NCBI GenBank assembly: GCA_963782115.1
Contig: CAWAIK010000001.1
Span: forward strand, 384,001-448,000
Source of the DNA: an uncultured Verrucomicrobiae bacterium
Lineage (GTDB): Bacteria; Verrucomicrobiota; Verrucomicrobiia; Chthoniobacterales; JAFAMB01
DNA length: 64,000 nt
Direction: 5' to 3'
Part shown: piece by piece, positions 41,250 through 52,003 of the stretch
How the letters are laid out: each line of letters starts with the position of its first letter
Position numbering within the stretch: position 1 is the stretch's first letter
Position numbers and translations under genes: made by a program
The notes under the pieces: model-generated
What the model saw: the letters and a program-made list of their open reading frames with translations, nothing else
Databases searched by the model: none
What the model was told of the DNA's origin: nothing

Positions 41250-41401
41250 GGTCACATCAGGGAAAACCAGTAAATACACCCATTCCGTCGCTACCTTCGT
41301 TCACGTGCCATCTCTCATCTTAAGCCGCGTTTGCCCATTCACGCTCAAAGATCGATAAGCACGACTGAAAACATAAAGGCCTCGAACATTAGTGGAAGAA
41401 T

Positions 41402-42148
41402 ATGCCAACCCTGACGACGAACCAGTGGGCCAGCACTCCGGAGAGCGTGGTCCGGGCGATTGTGTTCGATACTTTCGGCACCATTGTCGACTGGCGCGGA
41501 AGCCTCATCCATTCTCTCCAAGGCTTCGGAATGGAGCGTGGTCTGGAAGCACCTTGGGAGAAGCTCGTTGACAGGTGGCGCGCAGCTTACAAGCCTAATC
41601 TTGATCGCGTGCGCCGCGGCGAATTAGGGTGGACTATCCTCGACGAACTACACTATGCCGCGCTCGTTGAACTGTTGCCGGAATTCGGCATTGCCGCGCT
41701 GCCGGAACCCGACTTGCGTTTATTGACCAGTTGCTGGCACCGACTTTCTGCTTGGCCCGACGCGATTGATGGACTGCGCCGTTTAAGGGGAAGGTACATC
41801 ATTGGACCTCTCTCCAATGGAAACCTTTCCCTGTTGGTCAACCTCGCGAAATTTGCTGAACTCCCATGGGACGTTATTTTCGGCGCTGACCTTTTTCGCC
41901 ACTACAAGCCTGACCCTGAAACGTACCTCGGCGTCTGTGCTCTCCTGGGGCTGCGGCCCTCGGAAGTGATGATGGGCGCGGCTCACAATTATGATCTGGC
42001 GGCGGCGAAAGAGCTAGGCTTGCGCACGGCGTTCATCCTTCGCCCAACAGAACATGGACCGGAGCAGACCACCGATCTGGTCGCCGAGCAACCCTGGGAT
42101 ATTATCGCGACCGGTCTGGTTGACCTTGCGGAAAAGCTTGCAGTTTGA
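41402..42148 (+). CDS. Haloacid dehalogenase type II
   Basis: FDTFGTIVDW, LSNGN, YKPDPETY and AAHNYDL. Confidence 0.92.
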   Translation: MPTLTTNQWASTPESVVRAIVFDTFGTIVDWRGSLIHSLQGFGMERGLEAPWEKLVDRWRAAYKPNLDRVRRGELGWTILDELHYAALVELLPEFGIAALPEPDLRLLTSCWHRLSAWPDAIDGLRRLRGRYIIGPLSNGNLSLLVNLAKFAELPWDVIFGADLFRHYKPDPETYLGVCALLGLRPSEVMMGAAHNYDLAAAKELGLRTAFILRPTEHGPEQTTDLVAEQPWDIIATGLVDLAEKLAV

Positions 42149-42193
42149 TCCCGAGCGCTTGGACGGGAGATTCAGGATATCCGGCCCAATTTC

Positions 42194-42451
42194 TCAATAC
42201 CAGTACCAGCGGTGATGCCTCCAGTACCGGTGCCGCCAATAGGGACGCCGGTAGTACACATACCCGTGAGGTCCCCAATAGTATCCAGGAGCATAATATC
42301 CCGGCCCATAGTAGTAGCCGGGATAATACCCGGGACCATAATAGACCGGGCCGGGAACGCCCACCGCAACGTGAATTTCCGCCTGCGATTCGCCGACCGC
42401 GAGAAATCCCCCGACGAGGACTACAAGGAGAACAAGGAAGAATTTTCTCAT
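42194..42451 (-). CDS. Small secreted Tyr/Gly/Arg-rich protein
   Basis: Signal peptide followed by YYGPGYY repeats and an R/H/W tail. Confidence 0.75.
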   Translation of the reverse strand: MRKFFLVLLVVLVGGFLAVGESQAEIHVAVGVPGPVYYGPGYYPGYYYGPGYYAPGYYWGPHGYVYYRRPYWRHRYWRHHRWYWY

Positions 42452-42503
42452 AACTGATAACTGGATTCGGTAACATTTATAGACGAAGGAAACGAATGTC
42501 TAT

Positions 42504-44039
42504 TCACTCGCGCAACCAGCCGGCCTGCCGGAGCCAATCAAGAAGCCGCGGATCATCCGCTGAAAGAGGCGGTAGCCATAAGCCGAGTTCCGTGCGACTC
42601 CACCAGAAGCCGTTCGAACTTCCGGGGTCCCGGAACTGGTATTGGTAGAGAACGGCGCGCACATAGCGCGGCGGGTTTCCAGGAAACGGATTATCACGAA
42701 ACAGGCTCAGTGCACCTGGATTGTTATGCAGAAGTTTCCAGACCAAATGAAGAGTCCAAGGATATTCACTGGGAGTCGACATCGCGGCAAACCACATCTG
42801 CCAGTCAAGGCGCAATTGATAAGGCGCGATCTGCGGCGGCGATTTGTCCAATTCCACCGGAAGCCCTTTGTATGGATAGGCTTTCCAAACCGCGCTTTCG
42901 TCCGGCACGGCGGCGTCGGTGCCTTCAAAGATGACGTTGAGACGTTCGCGGCCGACAGTTCCAAAGGCGCCATAGGTATTCACCAAATCGAGGGGATCGA
43001 ACGAAGTGTTCATTATCTGGTGCGGTGACAACATGTTCGCCAAAGGTTGGATGCTAAGGATCGCGACCAGACTGACCACGACCCGCGCGGTCACTCGCAT
43101 CGCCTTGCTGGGTGCTGCTGATACCGCTGCCAGTTGCGCGCGTCTGACCAGAGGCTTGGGCAGAATCTTGGACCAGAGGCCGTCATCGAAACACGCCAGG
43201 GCGGGGATCATCGTTAGCCAGTTCAGGAAAGATAAGTTGCCGCTCAGAATCAATACGACCTGAAAAAGGATGATGATCGCTCCGCCGATCTGCCGCGCGA
43301 AACGAGGCCAGAAAACAAGCCAAGGAGCGATGAGTTCCGCCAGGTGATTGAAGCCTACGCCAAAGCGCAGAACCGGTTTAGGCAAGAAGTGAAACCACCG
43401 GCTCAACGGATTCGGCAAGGGCTGAGTTTCAAAATGGTAATAGAGCGCCGTGAAATCGCGCCAAGCAGGGTCTCCCCGCAGTTTGATCAATCCCGCGCCC
43501 AGCATCATTCGAAAGATCAGCCACCTGAAAAGCCAAAGGATGGGGAGCGGAGGTTCGCGTCGGGGAAAAGGCCTGGCATCCAATAGCGGGCAAAGAAAGA
43601 TGGAGAGAAAGCCGGTCTCCAGCAGCTGGACTTCCCACCCGTAACCATACCAATCCTGTCCAAGATGGACGAACGACATATAGAGACCCCATAGGATTGT
43701 CAGCAGAAGTGCATTAGCAAAACCGGCCACCACCACGCAGGAAAGAACAAAGCCTGTCCATGCCGTTGCCAGGAGCGCCGTGTCCGAATGGATCAACCAG
43801 AAGAGCGACGGTAAACGCAGAAACCCCGAAAAGGAGGAGCCAAAGATCGGCCGGAGGCGATCGATAAATTGCCCTAGCGGGAGCAGGCCATCGGATCCAA
43901 TCAACGGTAAAATCTGGTTGGCAGCAACGAGGAAGCCGACGGCGTAAACAACTCCAAGCATTCGCAAAATAACAAATCGCGTGAGCCAATAGGTCCGCCG
44001 TCTTTCCGGTGTATGAGTAGGCGATTCGCCCGGTTCCAC
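42504..44039 (-). CDS. Lipase maturation factor family protein
   Basis: YGWEVQLLETGF, FRMMLGAGLIKLRGD, HFETQPLPNPLS and APYQLRLDWQMWF. Confidence 0.93.
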   Translation of the reverse strand: MEPGESPTHTPERRRTYWLTRFVILRMLGVVYAVGFLVAANQILPLIGSDGLLPLGQFIDRLRPIFGSSFSGFLRLPSLFWLIHSDTALLATAWTGFVLSCVVVAGFANALLLTILWGLYMSFVHLGQDWYGYGWEVQLLETGFLSIFLCPLLDARPFPRREPPLPILWLFRWLIFRMMLGAGLIKLRGDPAWRDFTALYYHFETQPLPNPLSRWFHFLPKPVLRFGVGFNHLAELIAPWLVFWPRFARQIGGAIIILFQVVLILSGNLSFLNWLTMIPALACFDDGLWSKILPKPLVRRAQLAAVSAAPSKAMRVTARVVVSLVAILSIQPLANMLSPHQIMNTSFDPLDLVNTYGAFGTVGRERLNVIFEGTDAAVPDESAVWKAYPYKGLPVELDKSPPQIAPYQLRLDWQMWFAAMSTPSEYPWTLHLVWKLLHNNPGALSLFRDNPFPGNPPRYVRAVLYQYQFRDPGSSNGFWWSRTELGLWLPPLSADDPRLLDWLRQAGWLRE

Positions 44040-44116
44040 TGAGACTCGATTGTGCGCTCCAATCGATTAAATTTCAAACACCGGAGAAATCAAAGCGCGA
44101 GCGTCGTCTTTCAACC

Positions 44117-45427
44117 TCACGACTGTTCGACCGAAACAATGCAAACATCGTCGTCGAAGTCCGGCTTTTTGGAGAAGTCGCAAGCATCTGCCAATAACGC
44201 GTTGAAAAGCTTCTCGGCTGGTAAATCAGCGTGGGTTTGCAGGCTGGTAATCACTGCATCCAGCCCGAACTGTTCACCTTCCGGAGATTCGACCTCGTAG
44301 AGTCCGTCTGTGAACAACAAAATGCAGTCGTTTTGCTCAAACGCGGAACGGGAGGATGAATAATTCACCTCATCGAACAGTCCCAGCCCGGGGCCGGATT
44401 TCCCGACCTCCGACGAAATTCGTTCGACCAATCGCTCGTTGCGCCGCACGCGCACGGGCGCGGGATGACCCGCGTTGGCAAACTGCGTCTCCCTGGTCGC
44501 GGTGTCGGCAATCAAGTAGAACGCTGTTGCGATGAAGGGTTCCTCGACACGTTCCAGGATGGCGCGAAGTTGCAGATTAAGCGCGCTGAGGAAGCGGCCG
44601 GGATTGTGCATCATTGATCTGAGTTCTTCCAGCAACGTCCGGATGATGGCGGTGACCAGGGCCGCGCGCAACCCGTGCCCCATAACATCACAGATGAAGA
44701 TGCCGGCCCGGGTGGGCGAGAGCGGAAAGATATCAAAAAAATCGCCACCAACAGCTTCTGCCGGGCGATAGCAGTGCGCAAAGGTTAGCGCGCTGTAGCC
44801 TGAGCTCCCAATACTCGAGAGGGTCGGGTAGTCCCGGGGCAGCAGCGCCAACTGGATCTCCCGAGCCATGCGAAGATCTGCTTCGAGCTGGGCATTCTTT
44901 GCCTCCAACTCAGTGCTGGTTATGTGCAATCGGTTGCGCTCTTCTGCGAGCGCATCCTCCATTTTCTTTATGACCGTAAAGTCTTTATTGATCCCGCAAA
45001 TCCCAATGATCTGACCCTTGGAATCTTTCAGTGGCAACTTGGTGGTGTAATCCCAGGTGACTCTCCCGTCCGCGTGGATCAATTTCTCGACTTTGCCGAC
45101 CATCGGTTGCCCGGTTTTGATGATTCGTTGTTCGTCGTCAAACGCCTCTTTTGCGGTCTGCGCCGACCAAAAATCGAAATCGCTTTTTCCAATGAGATCT
45201 TGCGGATTCGCGACATCCATGGTTTCAGCAACCGCGCGGCTGGCGCGTATAAAACGACCTTGCAGATCCTTGAAATAGACCTGGTCCGGCGTGTTATCGA
45301 GCAGGAAGCTGAAAAGATCCTGACCCAAGGTGAGAGCTTCTAAGTCTGAGGAAGGGAACGATTCCACCGTATTGACCCACTTATAGCACCGGCGGCGAAA
45401 AATGTTCACGTTTAATTCGAAAACCAC
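44117..45427 (-). CDS. PAS-domain PP2C/SpoIIE (RsbU-like) phosphatase
   Basis: PAS (VYFKDLQGRF, LIGKSDFD), then VGGDFFD, DVMGHG, NAGHP, LFTDGL and DDDVC. True start may be slightly downstream. Confidence 0.92.
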   Translation of the reverse strand: MVFELNVNIFRRRCYKWVNTVESFPSSDLEALTLGQDLFSFLLDNTPDQVYFKDLQGRFIRASRAVAETMDVANPQDLIGKSDFDFWSAQTAKEAFDDEQRIIKTGQPMVGKVEKLIHADGRVTWDYTTKLPLKDSKGQIIGICGINKDFTVIKKMEDALAEERNRLHITSTELEAKNAQLEADLRMAREIQLALLPRDYPTLSSIGSSGYSALTFAHCYRPAEAVGGDFFDIFPLSPTRAGIFICDVMGHGLRAALVTAIIRTLLEELRSMMHNPGRFLSALNLQLRAILERVEEPFIATAFYLIADTATRETQFANAGHPAPVRVRRNERLVERISSEVGKSGPGLGLFDEVNYSSSRSAFEQNDCILLFTDGLYEVESPEGEQFGLDAVITSLQTHADLPAEKLFNALLADACDFSKKPDFDDDVCIVSVEQS

Positions 45428-45548
45428 GAGAACGATTGTGACGGAGGTTTCGGTACGCTACCCTGTTTGATACGGGACGATTTGAATGTTCTTGGAGGCA
45501 TTTTCGTCTCGATCCATCATGAGACCGTATTCCCTCGCCTCTTAACTT

Positions 45549-46097
45549 ATGGAAGATCCCGAGGTCCCAACTGAACAACTTCACGAGGAAATCCATCATC
45601 ATGCTGAGCACTCCCGCGAAAAGTGGGTGCTTGGCGTCGCTCTGAGTTCGGCGCTTTTGGCCGGGTTCGCCGCTGTGTCCTCTTTAATGGCGGGGCATCA
45701 CGCGAACGAAGCGATGATGTCGCAGATCGAATCAACCGACCAGTGGAGCTACTACCAATCCAAGGGCATCAAGGAAACAGCGCTGACGAGCAAAGCGGAT
45801 ATTCTCAGCGCGATGGGAAAACCGGTCCCAGGCGCAGACAAAGAGAAGGTGGCCGAGTATCAGCGGGAGAAAGAACAGATTGCGAAAAAGGCCGAGGATT
45901 TGGAGAAGGAGGCTCAAACGCATCTGCGCACCCACGAGGTGCTGGCGAGCAGCGTTACGATGTTCCAGATAGCCATCGCGGTCGGAGCGATTTCGGTTCT
46001 GATCCGAAGCCGACCGTTTTGGCTGGCCAGCCTGGTGGTTGGCGTGGTTGGGATCGTTTTTCTGATCCAGTCCTTTTTCACGGCCGCGGGTCACTAG
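45549..46097 (+). CDS. DUF4337-family membrane protein
   Basis: VALSSALLAGFAAVSSL, DQWSYYQSKGIK and FQIAIAVGAIS. Confidence 0.85.
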   Translation: MEDPEVPTEQLHEEIHHHAEHSREKWVLGVALSSALLAGFAAVSSLMAGHHANEAMMSQIESTDQWSYYQSKGIKETALTSKADILSAMGKPVPGADKEKVAEYQREKEQIAKKAEDLEKEAQTHLRTHEVLASSVTMFQIAIAVGAISVLIRSRPFWLASLVVGVVGIVFLIQSFFTAAGH

Positions 46098-46109
46098 TGC
46101 AGCCGATCG

Positions 46110-46303
46110 AGCCACTTCTGGCATTCTGGGATCCTGGAGAGGCGCCAGAGGAAGGCGGTCCGCCGTTTCCGGTGACGCGGGAAGAGCTCGACCGGCTGTT
46201 TGAAAGGCATTTTGAGCTTGTCGAGGAAATGAATCCTCGCACAGCTTACCCGGGCCGTGAAGGGCGGGAAATTATCCGGCTGTTGGGAAAACGCCCGGCG
46301 TGA
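46110..46303 (+). pseudogene. Thiopurine S-methyltransferase-like C-terminal remnant
   Basis: GPPFPVTREELDRLFERHFELVEEMNPRTAYPGREGRE with no N-terminal part. Confidence 0.6.
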
Positions 46304-46622
46304 AGCTCCGATCCTCGTCATCGTTGTCGTGTCTTTGCGCCAGGTAATTCAGTCGCATGGTTCCTTCCTTGACCTTCTCCTTCGGCGCAACTCGCTCCAT
46401 TGACACTGACAACTGCCTTCGCAGCCGCTGTTGGTTGGCAACGGTCAAAGATCAAGAACGGTAACGACGACGGGTACGGTTCGTCCTGCTACAGGAGAAG
46501 AGACGGTTGCATCATAAGCTGCGGGATGCGATGTGATTTCCCCACCGCTTACCTTTCCTATGCAGGAACCAGCGCAAAACGCAAGAAGCAGTAACCCAGG
46601 ACTAAAAGGTCAAAGAACCCGG

Positions 46623-48050
46623 ATGATACCTCTTCGGATCCTGGTGCCGTTGATCGTCGCTTGCGCGCTCTTCATGGAAAATCTCGATGCGACAGTTATA
46701 TCAACCGCTTTGCCCGCGATCGCGCAAGACCTTCATCAAAGCCCGATCCAACTCAAACTGGCTCTTACCTCTTATCTGCTCACGCTCGCTGTCTTCATCC
46801 CTGCCTCCGGCTGGGTTGCCGATCGATTCGGCACTCGCATCGTGTTTCGTCTGGCGATTCTGATCTTTGCGCTCGGATCCGCACTCTGCGGATTCGCTAA
46901 CTCCATCGGGGCGCTGGTGGCGGCCAGGGCATTTCAGGGGATCGGCGGGGCGATGATGGTGCCTGTCGGCCGGCTCGTGATTTTAAGGACGATTCCAAGG
47001 TCGGAGTTTGTCGGAGCGCTTGCCTGGTTGACAATGCCGGCGCTGCTCGGACCGGTACTGGGACCGCCGGTCGGCGGCTTCATCACGACCTATTTTCATT
47101 GGCGGTGGATCTTTTGGATCAATTTGCCAATGGCCGCCCTTGGCATGGTGCTTGCCACCCTGTTCATTCCAAATGTTCGCGGCGAAATCATCAGCCGATT
47201 TGATTATTTGGGTTTTGGCCTGTCCGGGATTGGGCTCGCGGGGCTGGTCTCAGCAGCCGCCGCGCTGGACGCCTCCGGAGTTCCGCTTTGGATCGTCGTC
47301 ACCTTGTTCCTGATCGGTTTCGTGTCGGTGGGTCTTTATGTTTTTCACGCTCGTCGAACCGAAGCACCTATTCTCGATCTGAGGCTTTTGAGATTCCCGA
47401 CGTTCAGGGCCGGAATCGTCGGGGGCTCGCTTTTTCGTATTGGAGTGGGAGCCTTGCCTTTACTGCTGCCGCTCCAGCTTCAGCTCGGTTTCGGCATGAC
47501 TCCGCTGAAATCCGGTTTGCTAACCTTCGTCTCTGCGATCGGTGCGATCGGAATGAAGACCGCCGTGGGGAAGATTCTGAAACGGTTCGGATTTCGCGTT
47601 GTCCTCTTGTATAACGCTATTGTGAGCGGCGCCATGATTGCCGCGCCGGCGATCTTTACGGCGACAACGCCGATCAGCATACTGGTCGCTGTTCTTTTTA
47701 TCGGTGGCTTTTTTCGGTCATTGCAGTTTACCTGCATCAACGCCATCGGCTATGCGGAAATTGATCAGCCGGAAATGAGCCAGGCGACAAGTTTCACCAG
47801 CGCTTTTCAGCAGATTGCACTTAGCATTGGCATCACAGTCGGCGCATCGGTCCTCCAGCTTTCGCTTTTGATCCGTCACAGTCAAACATTGATCACGGCG
47901 GATTTCATCCCGGCGTTTCTGGTAGTCGGATTCATTGCCGCAAGCTCGTTTGCGAGCTTCGCGCGACTGTCCAAGGACGCCGGTGAAGAAGTTGCCGGCC
48001 GGAAACGCATGGCTTCGGCGGCCGTCGCCGTGGCGAACGGACGGAGTTAA
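46623..48050 (+). CDS. DHA2-family MFS efflux transporter
   Basis: FMENLDATVISTALP, SGWVADRFG, ARAFQGIGGAMMVPVGR and WRWIFWINLP. Alternative start at 46560. Confidence 0.93.
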   Translation: MIPLRILVPLIVACALFMENLDATVISTALPAIAQDLHQSPIQLKLALTSYLLTLAVFIPASGWVADRFGTRIVFRLAILIFALGSALCGFANSIGALVAARAFQGIGGAMMVPVGRLVILRTIPRSEFVGALAWLTMPALLGPVLGPPVGGFITTYFHWRWIFWINLPMAALGMVLATLFIPNVRGEIISRFDYLGFGLSGIGLAGLVSAAAALDASGVPLWIVVTLFLIGFVSVGLYVFHARRTEAPILDLRLLRFPTFRAGIVGGSLFRIGVGALPLLLPLQLQLGFGMTPLKSGLLTFVSAIGAIGMKTAVGKILKRFGFRVVLLYNAIVSGAMIAAPAIFTATTPISILVAVLFIGGFFRSLQFTCINAIGYAEIDQPEMSQATSFTSAFQQIALSIGITVGASVLQLSLLIRHSQTLITADFIPAFLVVGFIAASSFASFARLSKDAGEEVAGRKRMASAAVAVANGRS

Positions 48051-48378
48051 GGGATTGTCACAAAATAAGTGTATCGATATTTCTTCAGAATAGATACTCT
48101 GATGGAACAAGATCGAGCACCGATTGTTTTCCTTCATCAGTCAGAACTGGCGCGGCAAGCCCTTGGTGAGCCACGAGGTGATTGTGAGTTTGATTTCAGC
48201 GACAACTACTCAGACCAGTTTAAAGGTGCGGGCCGAACTCGACACCAACTCCTACCCGCCAGGAGCCAAGGTATCAAAAAACAGATTGAAGAAATAAATA
48301 TTCGTCCCGACTCGTTCCACGGAGAATGGGTATGTGTTTAGCGCGATGTATCCGGAAGGACCGGGACGAGGACGAGTT

Positions 48379-48738
48379 CGACGATTACGATTTCAGAACG
48401 AGTACGAGGAAGGAGAACTTGGAATTGGAACTCGAACTCCGGTTCGCTGCGCTGATCTATCTAGATGTGGCTCTAGGCGTAGGCCGTTTCTATCGAAGGG
48501 ACTGTCTTTGTGACCTTTGTGATCTTCTGTGCAAATGATTTTCTTCGTTCCCCCGGCACTAAGACAGGAAAAAAAGCAAAAGTCATTTTTGAACAGAAGA
48601 TCGCAAAGATCACAAAGAGTCATTGTCTTTAAGAGCCATCGGAGGCATGTGGGCCTGCGTTGTCTAAATCGCGATCAGCAACGAACGAAACGCTCATTAA
48701 TCCCCACTCGTCCTCTTGTTCTGAAATCGTAATCGTCG
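48379..48738. repeat. Nested inverted-repeat intergenic element
   Basis: Outer perfect 21-bp IR at 48379-48399/48718-48738. Inner IR at 48506-48535/48588-48618. Confidence 0.8.
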
Positions 48739-48760
48739 TCGTTGGATCTGGGATTAGCGA

Positions 48761-49441
48761 ATGCCATTTTCATGTGCCAGAAATACGAATGGCAAAACCG
48801 CTCGGCCGGAACGGCGCTCGCAAACATTGGGCGAAGAGATCGCCAACAGCGTGAGCTCAGGAGTCGGGTTGCTGGCGGTGATTGCCGGGATCCCTTTGCT
48901 CGTCGGTTCCGCGATTCAACGCCGGAACGAATTTAGTCTGGCCGGCACCCTCATTTTCGCGGCTGCGATGGTGTCCCTTTATCTTGCGTCGACGCTCTAC
49001 CACGCGGTACCGCAGGGCAGGATCAAGCGGTTCTTCCATTTGCTTGATCATTCGGCGATCTATGTTCTCATCGCCGGCACCTATACACCTTTCGCGCTTG
49101 GAGCCATGCGCGGCGTTTGGGGATGGACACTTTTTGGCGTGGTCTGGAGTTTGGCTATACTCGGAATATCTCTCAAAGTATTTGGCGGGTTGAAGCATCC
49201 ACGGCTCTCCATTGTCACCTACCTCGGCATGGGATGGATGGCCTTGTTCGCCATCCGTCTTTTTTGGCTCCATGTCCGGTTCGAGGGATTGCTCTGGATT
49301 TTAGCCGGAGGCGTCGCCTATACTTCAGGAGTCCTCTTCTACTCAGCGAAACGACTTCCGTATAACCACTTCATCTGGCATCTGTTTGTCATTGCAGGAA
49401 CAGCCTGCCATTTTTGCGCTGTTCTGTGGTATGCAGAATAG
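48761..49441 (+). CDS. Hemolysin III (PAQR) family membrane protein
   Basis: EEIANSVS, STLYH, LDHSAIYVLIAGTYTP and HFIWHLFV. Confidence 0.92.
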   Translation: MPFSCARNTNGKTARPERRSQTLGEEIANSVSSGVGLLAVIAGIPLLVGSAIQRRNEFSLAGTLIFAAAMVSLYLASTLYHAVPQGRIKRFFHLLDHSAIYVLIAGTYTPFALGAMRGVWGWTLFGVVWSLAILGISLKVFGGLKHPRLSIVTYLGMGWMALFAIRLFWLHVRFEGLLWILAGGVAYTSGVLFYSAKRLPYNHFIWHLFVIAGTACHFCAVLWYAE

Positions 49442-49475
49442 TTTGAAGGTATCGCTTCGTTCTGGAACGAGAAAT

Positions 49476-49796
49476 ATGGCTTATTCCGTCGACAAGCTCA
49501 TCGAAGAATGGCTGGCTGAGAAAGAATGCCAGGAATTACCCGGAACGGGCAAACCGTTGAACCTTGACGAATACTTCAGCTGGCCGGAAGACCAGCGTAT
49601 CGGTCTTTCGCTTCTCAAGAATTCCGGCTGCGTTCCTTTTGAAGTGGAACTATTGAAAGAGATCAAGCGGTTGAGCGACGAGCTGGAAAAATGCTCTAAT
49701 GATGAGATCCGGGTTCGCCTGAAACGCAGGCTGCAGGAGGAACAGGTCCAGCTGAATCTCAGACTCGAGCACTCGCGGCGCCGCAGAAACACCTGA
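49476..49796 (+). CDS. DUF1992-domain protein
   Basis: LPGTGKPLNLD and LLKNSGCVPFEVEL. Confidence 0.8.
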   Translation: MAYSVDKLIEEWLAEKECQELPGTGKPLNLDEYFSWPEDQRIGLSLLKNSGCVPFEVELLKEIKRLSDELEKCSNDEIRVRLKRRLQEEQVQLNLRLEHSRRRRNT

Positions 49797-49817
49797 GTTT
49801 AAACAGTCGAACGATCC

Positions 49818-51422
49818 ATGAGAGTTAACCCTTCTTTCGATGTTCTCGTGGTCGGTGCCGGTCCCGTCGGGCTAACGATGGCCTGCGAACTGGCTCGGAG
49901 CGGCGTGAAATGCCGAATCATCGACAAAGCGGCCGCACCAGCCGCTACTTCCAGAGCGCTGGCGATCTTTCCTCGTACACTCGAGGTCTTTGAGATGATG
50001 GGACTGCTAGAGCCGGTGCTCGAGGCCGGCCATCAGTTGGACGGTGTCGCTATCTACAATCGAAGCGGTCAGATCGCGCACATCGGGTTCAGCACTCTGC
50101 CGAGCCGTTATCACTTTGCGATCAGCCTGCCGCAAAGTGAAACGGAGCGTTTCCTGACCGAGCATCTGGCGGGCTTCAAAATCGTCGTCGAACGGGACAA
50201 AGAGCTGGTGGCTCTCTCTCAATCCGCGGATGCAGTTCAAGCAATCCTGCGGAACTCCGGCGGACTCGAAGAAAAGCTTGAATCGAGCTGGCTGATTGGT
50301 TGCGACGGCGCACACAGCAGCGTCAGGCATCTATTAGGTTTGCCGTTTGAGGGAGACGCCTACCCAGAAAGCTTTCTTCTCGCTGATGTGAAGGTTGATG
50401 GTCCTTTGGATCACGTTCACATCCATCTGTTCCTGACAGGAGAGGGACTCGTCGGGATATTTCCATTCCGGGGGGCCCGGTGCCGGATAATCGCCAGCAC
50501 CCAGGCGGAAGCGGAGGGCCAACCGACCGCTGATCTCCGGCTTGACGAAATCCAGGCTCTCGTGGAGAGCCGGACCGAATGCGGGATACGTCTTAAGGAC
50601 CCCGTCTGGCTGTCGCGCTTTCACATTTCTCATCGAAAAATTCCAGATTTTCGCGTCGATCGTGTTTTCCTCGCAGGCGACTCCGCTCATATCCACAGCC
50701 CAGCCGGAGGGCAGGGAATGAATACCGGTATCCAGGATGCCTTTAACCTCGCTTGGAAACTCGCTCTGGTCGTCCAGAAGAAATCAGCGGATTCGCTGTT
50801 GAACAGTTACAACGAGGAGCGGGAACCGGTCGCGAGGATGGTGTTGACTCTTACCGACAGACTCACCCGCATGGCGACTTTGCAGGGCGGACTGGGTCAA
50901 CAACTCAGAAACGCTTTACTTCCAATCCTCACCGGTATTCATCTGGTGGAAGATCGAATCGCGGAAACCGTGGCTGAGATTGGGGTTCATTACCGGCGGA
51001 GCTCGATCGTCTCAGGTAAGACCGGACACGCAATGCACGCCGGCGACCGCGCGCCTGATTGCGAATTCCAACTGGAAGCCGGTCGGGAGCCTCTCCGGCT
51101 ATTCGATCTGTTCCGCAGACCGGTCCATCATCTTCTGTTTTTCGCCGATGCGGACGCCGGCCTCGCATCGAAATTGAATGTCTCGCGCCTTCAGATCGGG
51201 CGGGATTTCCCGGGATTGATCGATGCTTTTGTGGTGATTCGCGGAATTCGTGCCGGTCACTCTGGTGTCCTGTTCGATTGGGACGGTGCAGCGCACGCTC
51301 TCTACGAAGCGGAACCGGGCGCCGTCCTATTGATCAGGCCGGACGGCTACATTGGATTCAGAGGCGGTGCCAGGCACACCGAGGCATTGCGCGAGCATCT
51401 CGCGCGGGTTTTTTCGGGCTGA
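49818..51422 (+). CDS. FAD-dependent monooxygenase (PheA/TfdB-like)
   Basis: VVGAGPVG, GCDGAHS, LAGDSAHIHSPAGGQGMNTGIQDA and LIRPDGY. Confidence 0.93.
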   Translation: MRVNPSFDVLVVGAGPVGLTMACELARSGVKCRIIDKAAAPAATSRALAIFPRTLEVFEMMGLLEPVLEAGHQLDGVAIYNRSGQIAHIGFSTLPSRYHFAISLPQSETERFLTEHLAGFKIVVERDKELVALSQSADAVQAILRNSGGLEEKLESSWLIGCDGAHSSVRHLLGLPFEGDAYPESFLLADVKVDGPLDHVHIHLFLTGEGLVGIFPFRGARCRIIASTQAEAEGQPTADLRLDEIQALVESRTECGIRLKDPVWLSRFHISHRKIPDFRVDRVFLAGDSAHIHSPAGGQGMNTGIQDAFNLAWKLALVVQKKSADSLLNSYNEEREPVARMVLTLTDRLTRMATLQGGLGQQLRNALLPILTGIHLVEDRIAETVAEIGVHYRRSSIVSGKTGHAMHAGDRAPDCEFQLEAGREPLRLFDLFRRPVHHLLFFADADAGLASKLNVSRLQIGRDFPGLIDAFVVIRGIRAGHSGVLFDWDGAAHALYEAEPGAVLLIRPDGYIGFRGGARHTEALREHLARVFSG

Positions 51423-51511
51423 GAGGTTTCAATGAAATTTACATGAGCAACAACCCCGGTTACTTGTAGCCCAACATTCAAATGTTCTCCGGTTCGGTTG
51501 TCCGTGTTCAA

Positions 51512-52003
51512 ATGAAACTTTTTGTCCTGCTCATGCTTGCGCCGGCGTTCGTTGGCTGTGTGCTAACTCCCAATGTCAATACGCGAAAGCCAGGCCAGCC
51601 ATGGAATTACTATGGCGACCTGACGAGCGTTTATCGCGATCAAACTGCCGGCACCCGGGTCGAATTGGTTTGGCTGGATCAGGTCCAATTTCGAAGAGTG
51701 GACAAGGGCGAATTTCAAAAGTCCGTCCGGACCTACTTGGATCAGGGGTATCGGAAGATCGGGCTCGTTTCAGTTCAATCCCGATTTTTTGTCGACCCGT
51801 ACGAGGTGAGGAAATTAGCTGCTGATAAAGGAGCGAACCTGGTGGTTGGTTGTTGGTTCACGCCCCCTGAAAGAAGATCTAAGTCAAGCGTAGTCGAGTT
51901 CTGGTACCAGCTCCTTGACAAATCCGTTCCGGCGGCCCCAAGCGCAGTTCCACAGGGGCCTGGTTTGCGCCAGGCTTTCGGACACCGGCCCGGCTCATAC
52001 TAA
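51512..52003 (+). CDS. Hypothetical lipoprotein
   Basis: MKLFVLLMLAPAFVGC lipobox-like N-terminus. Confidence 0.65.
   Translation: MKLFVLLMLAPAFVGCVLTPNVNTRKPGQPWNYYGDLTSVYRDQTAGTRVELVWLDQVQFRRVDKGEFQKSVRTYLDQGYRKIGLVSVQSRFFVDPYEVRKLAADKGANLVVGCWFTPPERRSKSSVVEFWYQLLDKSVPAAPSAVPQGPGLRQAFGHRPGSY

Noticed and set aside
48393..48623. Duplicated ORF MTLCDLCDLLFKNDF (also 56625-56966)
   Set aside because: Translation of the dispersed non-coding repeat.
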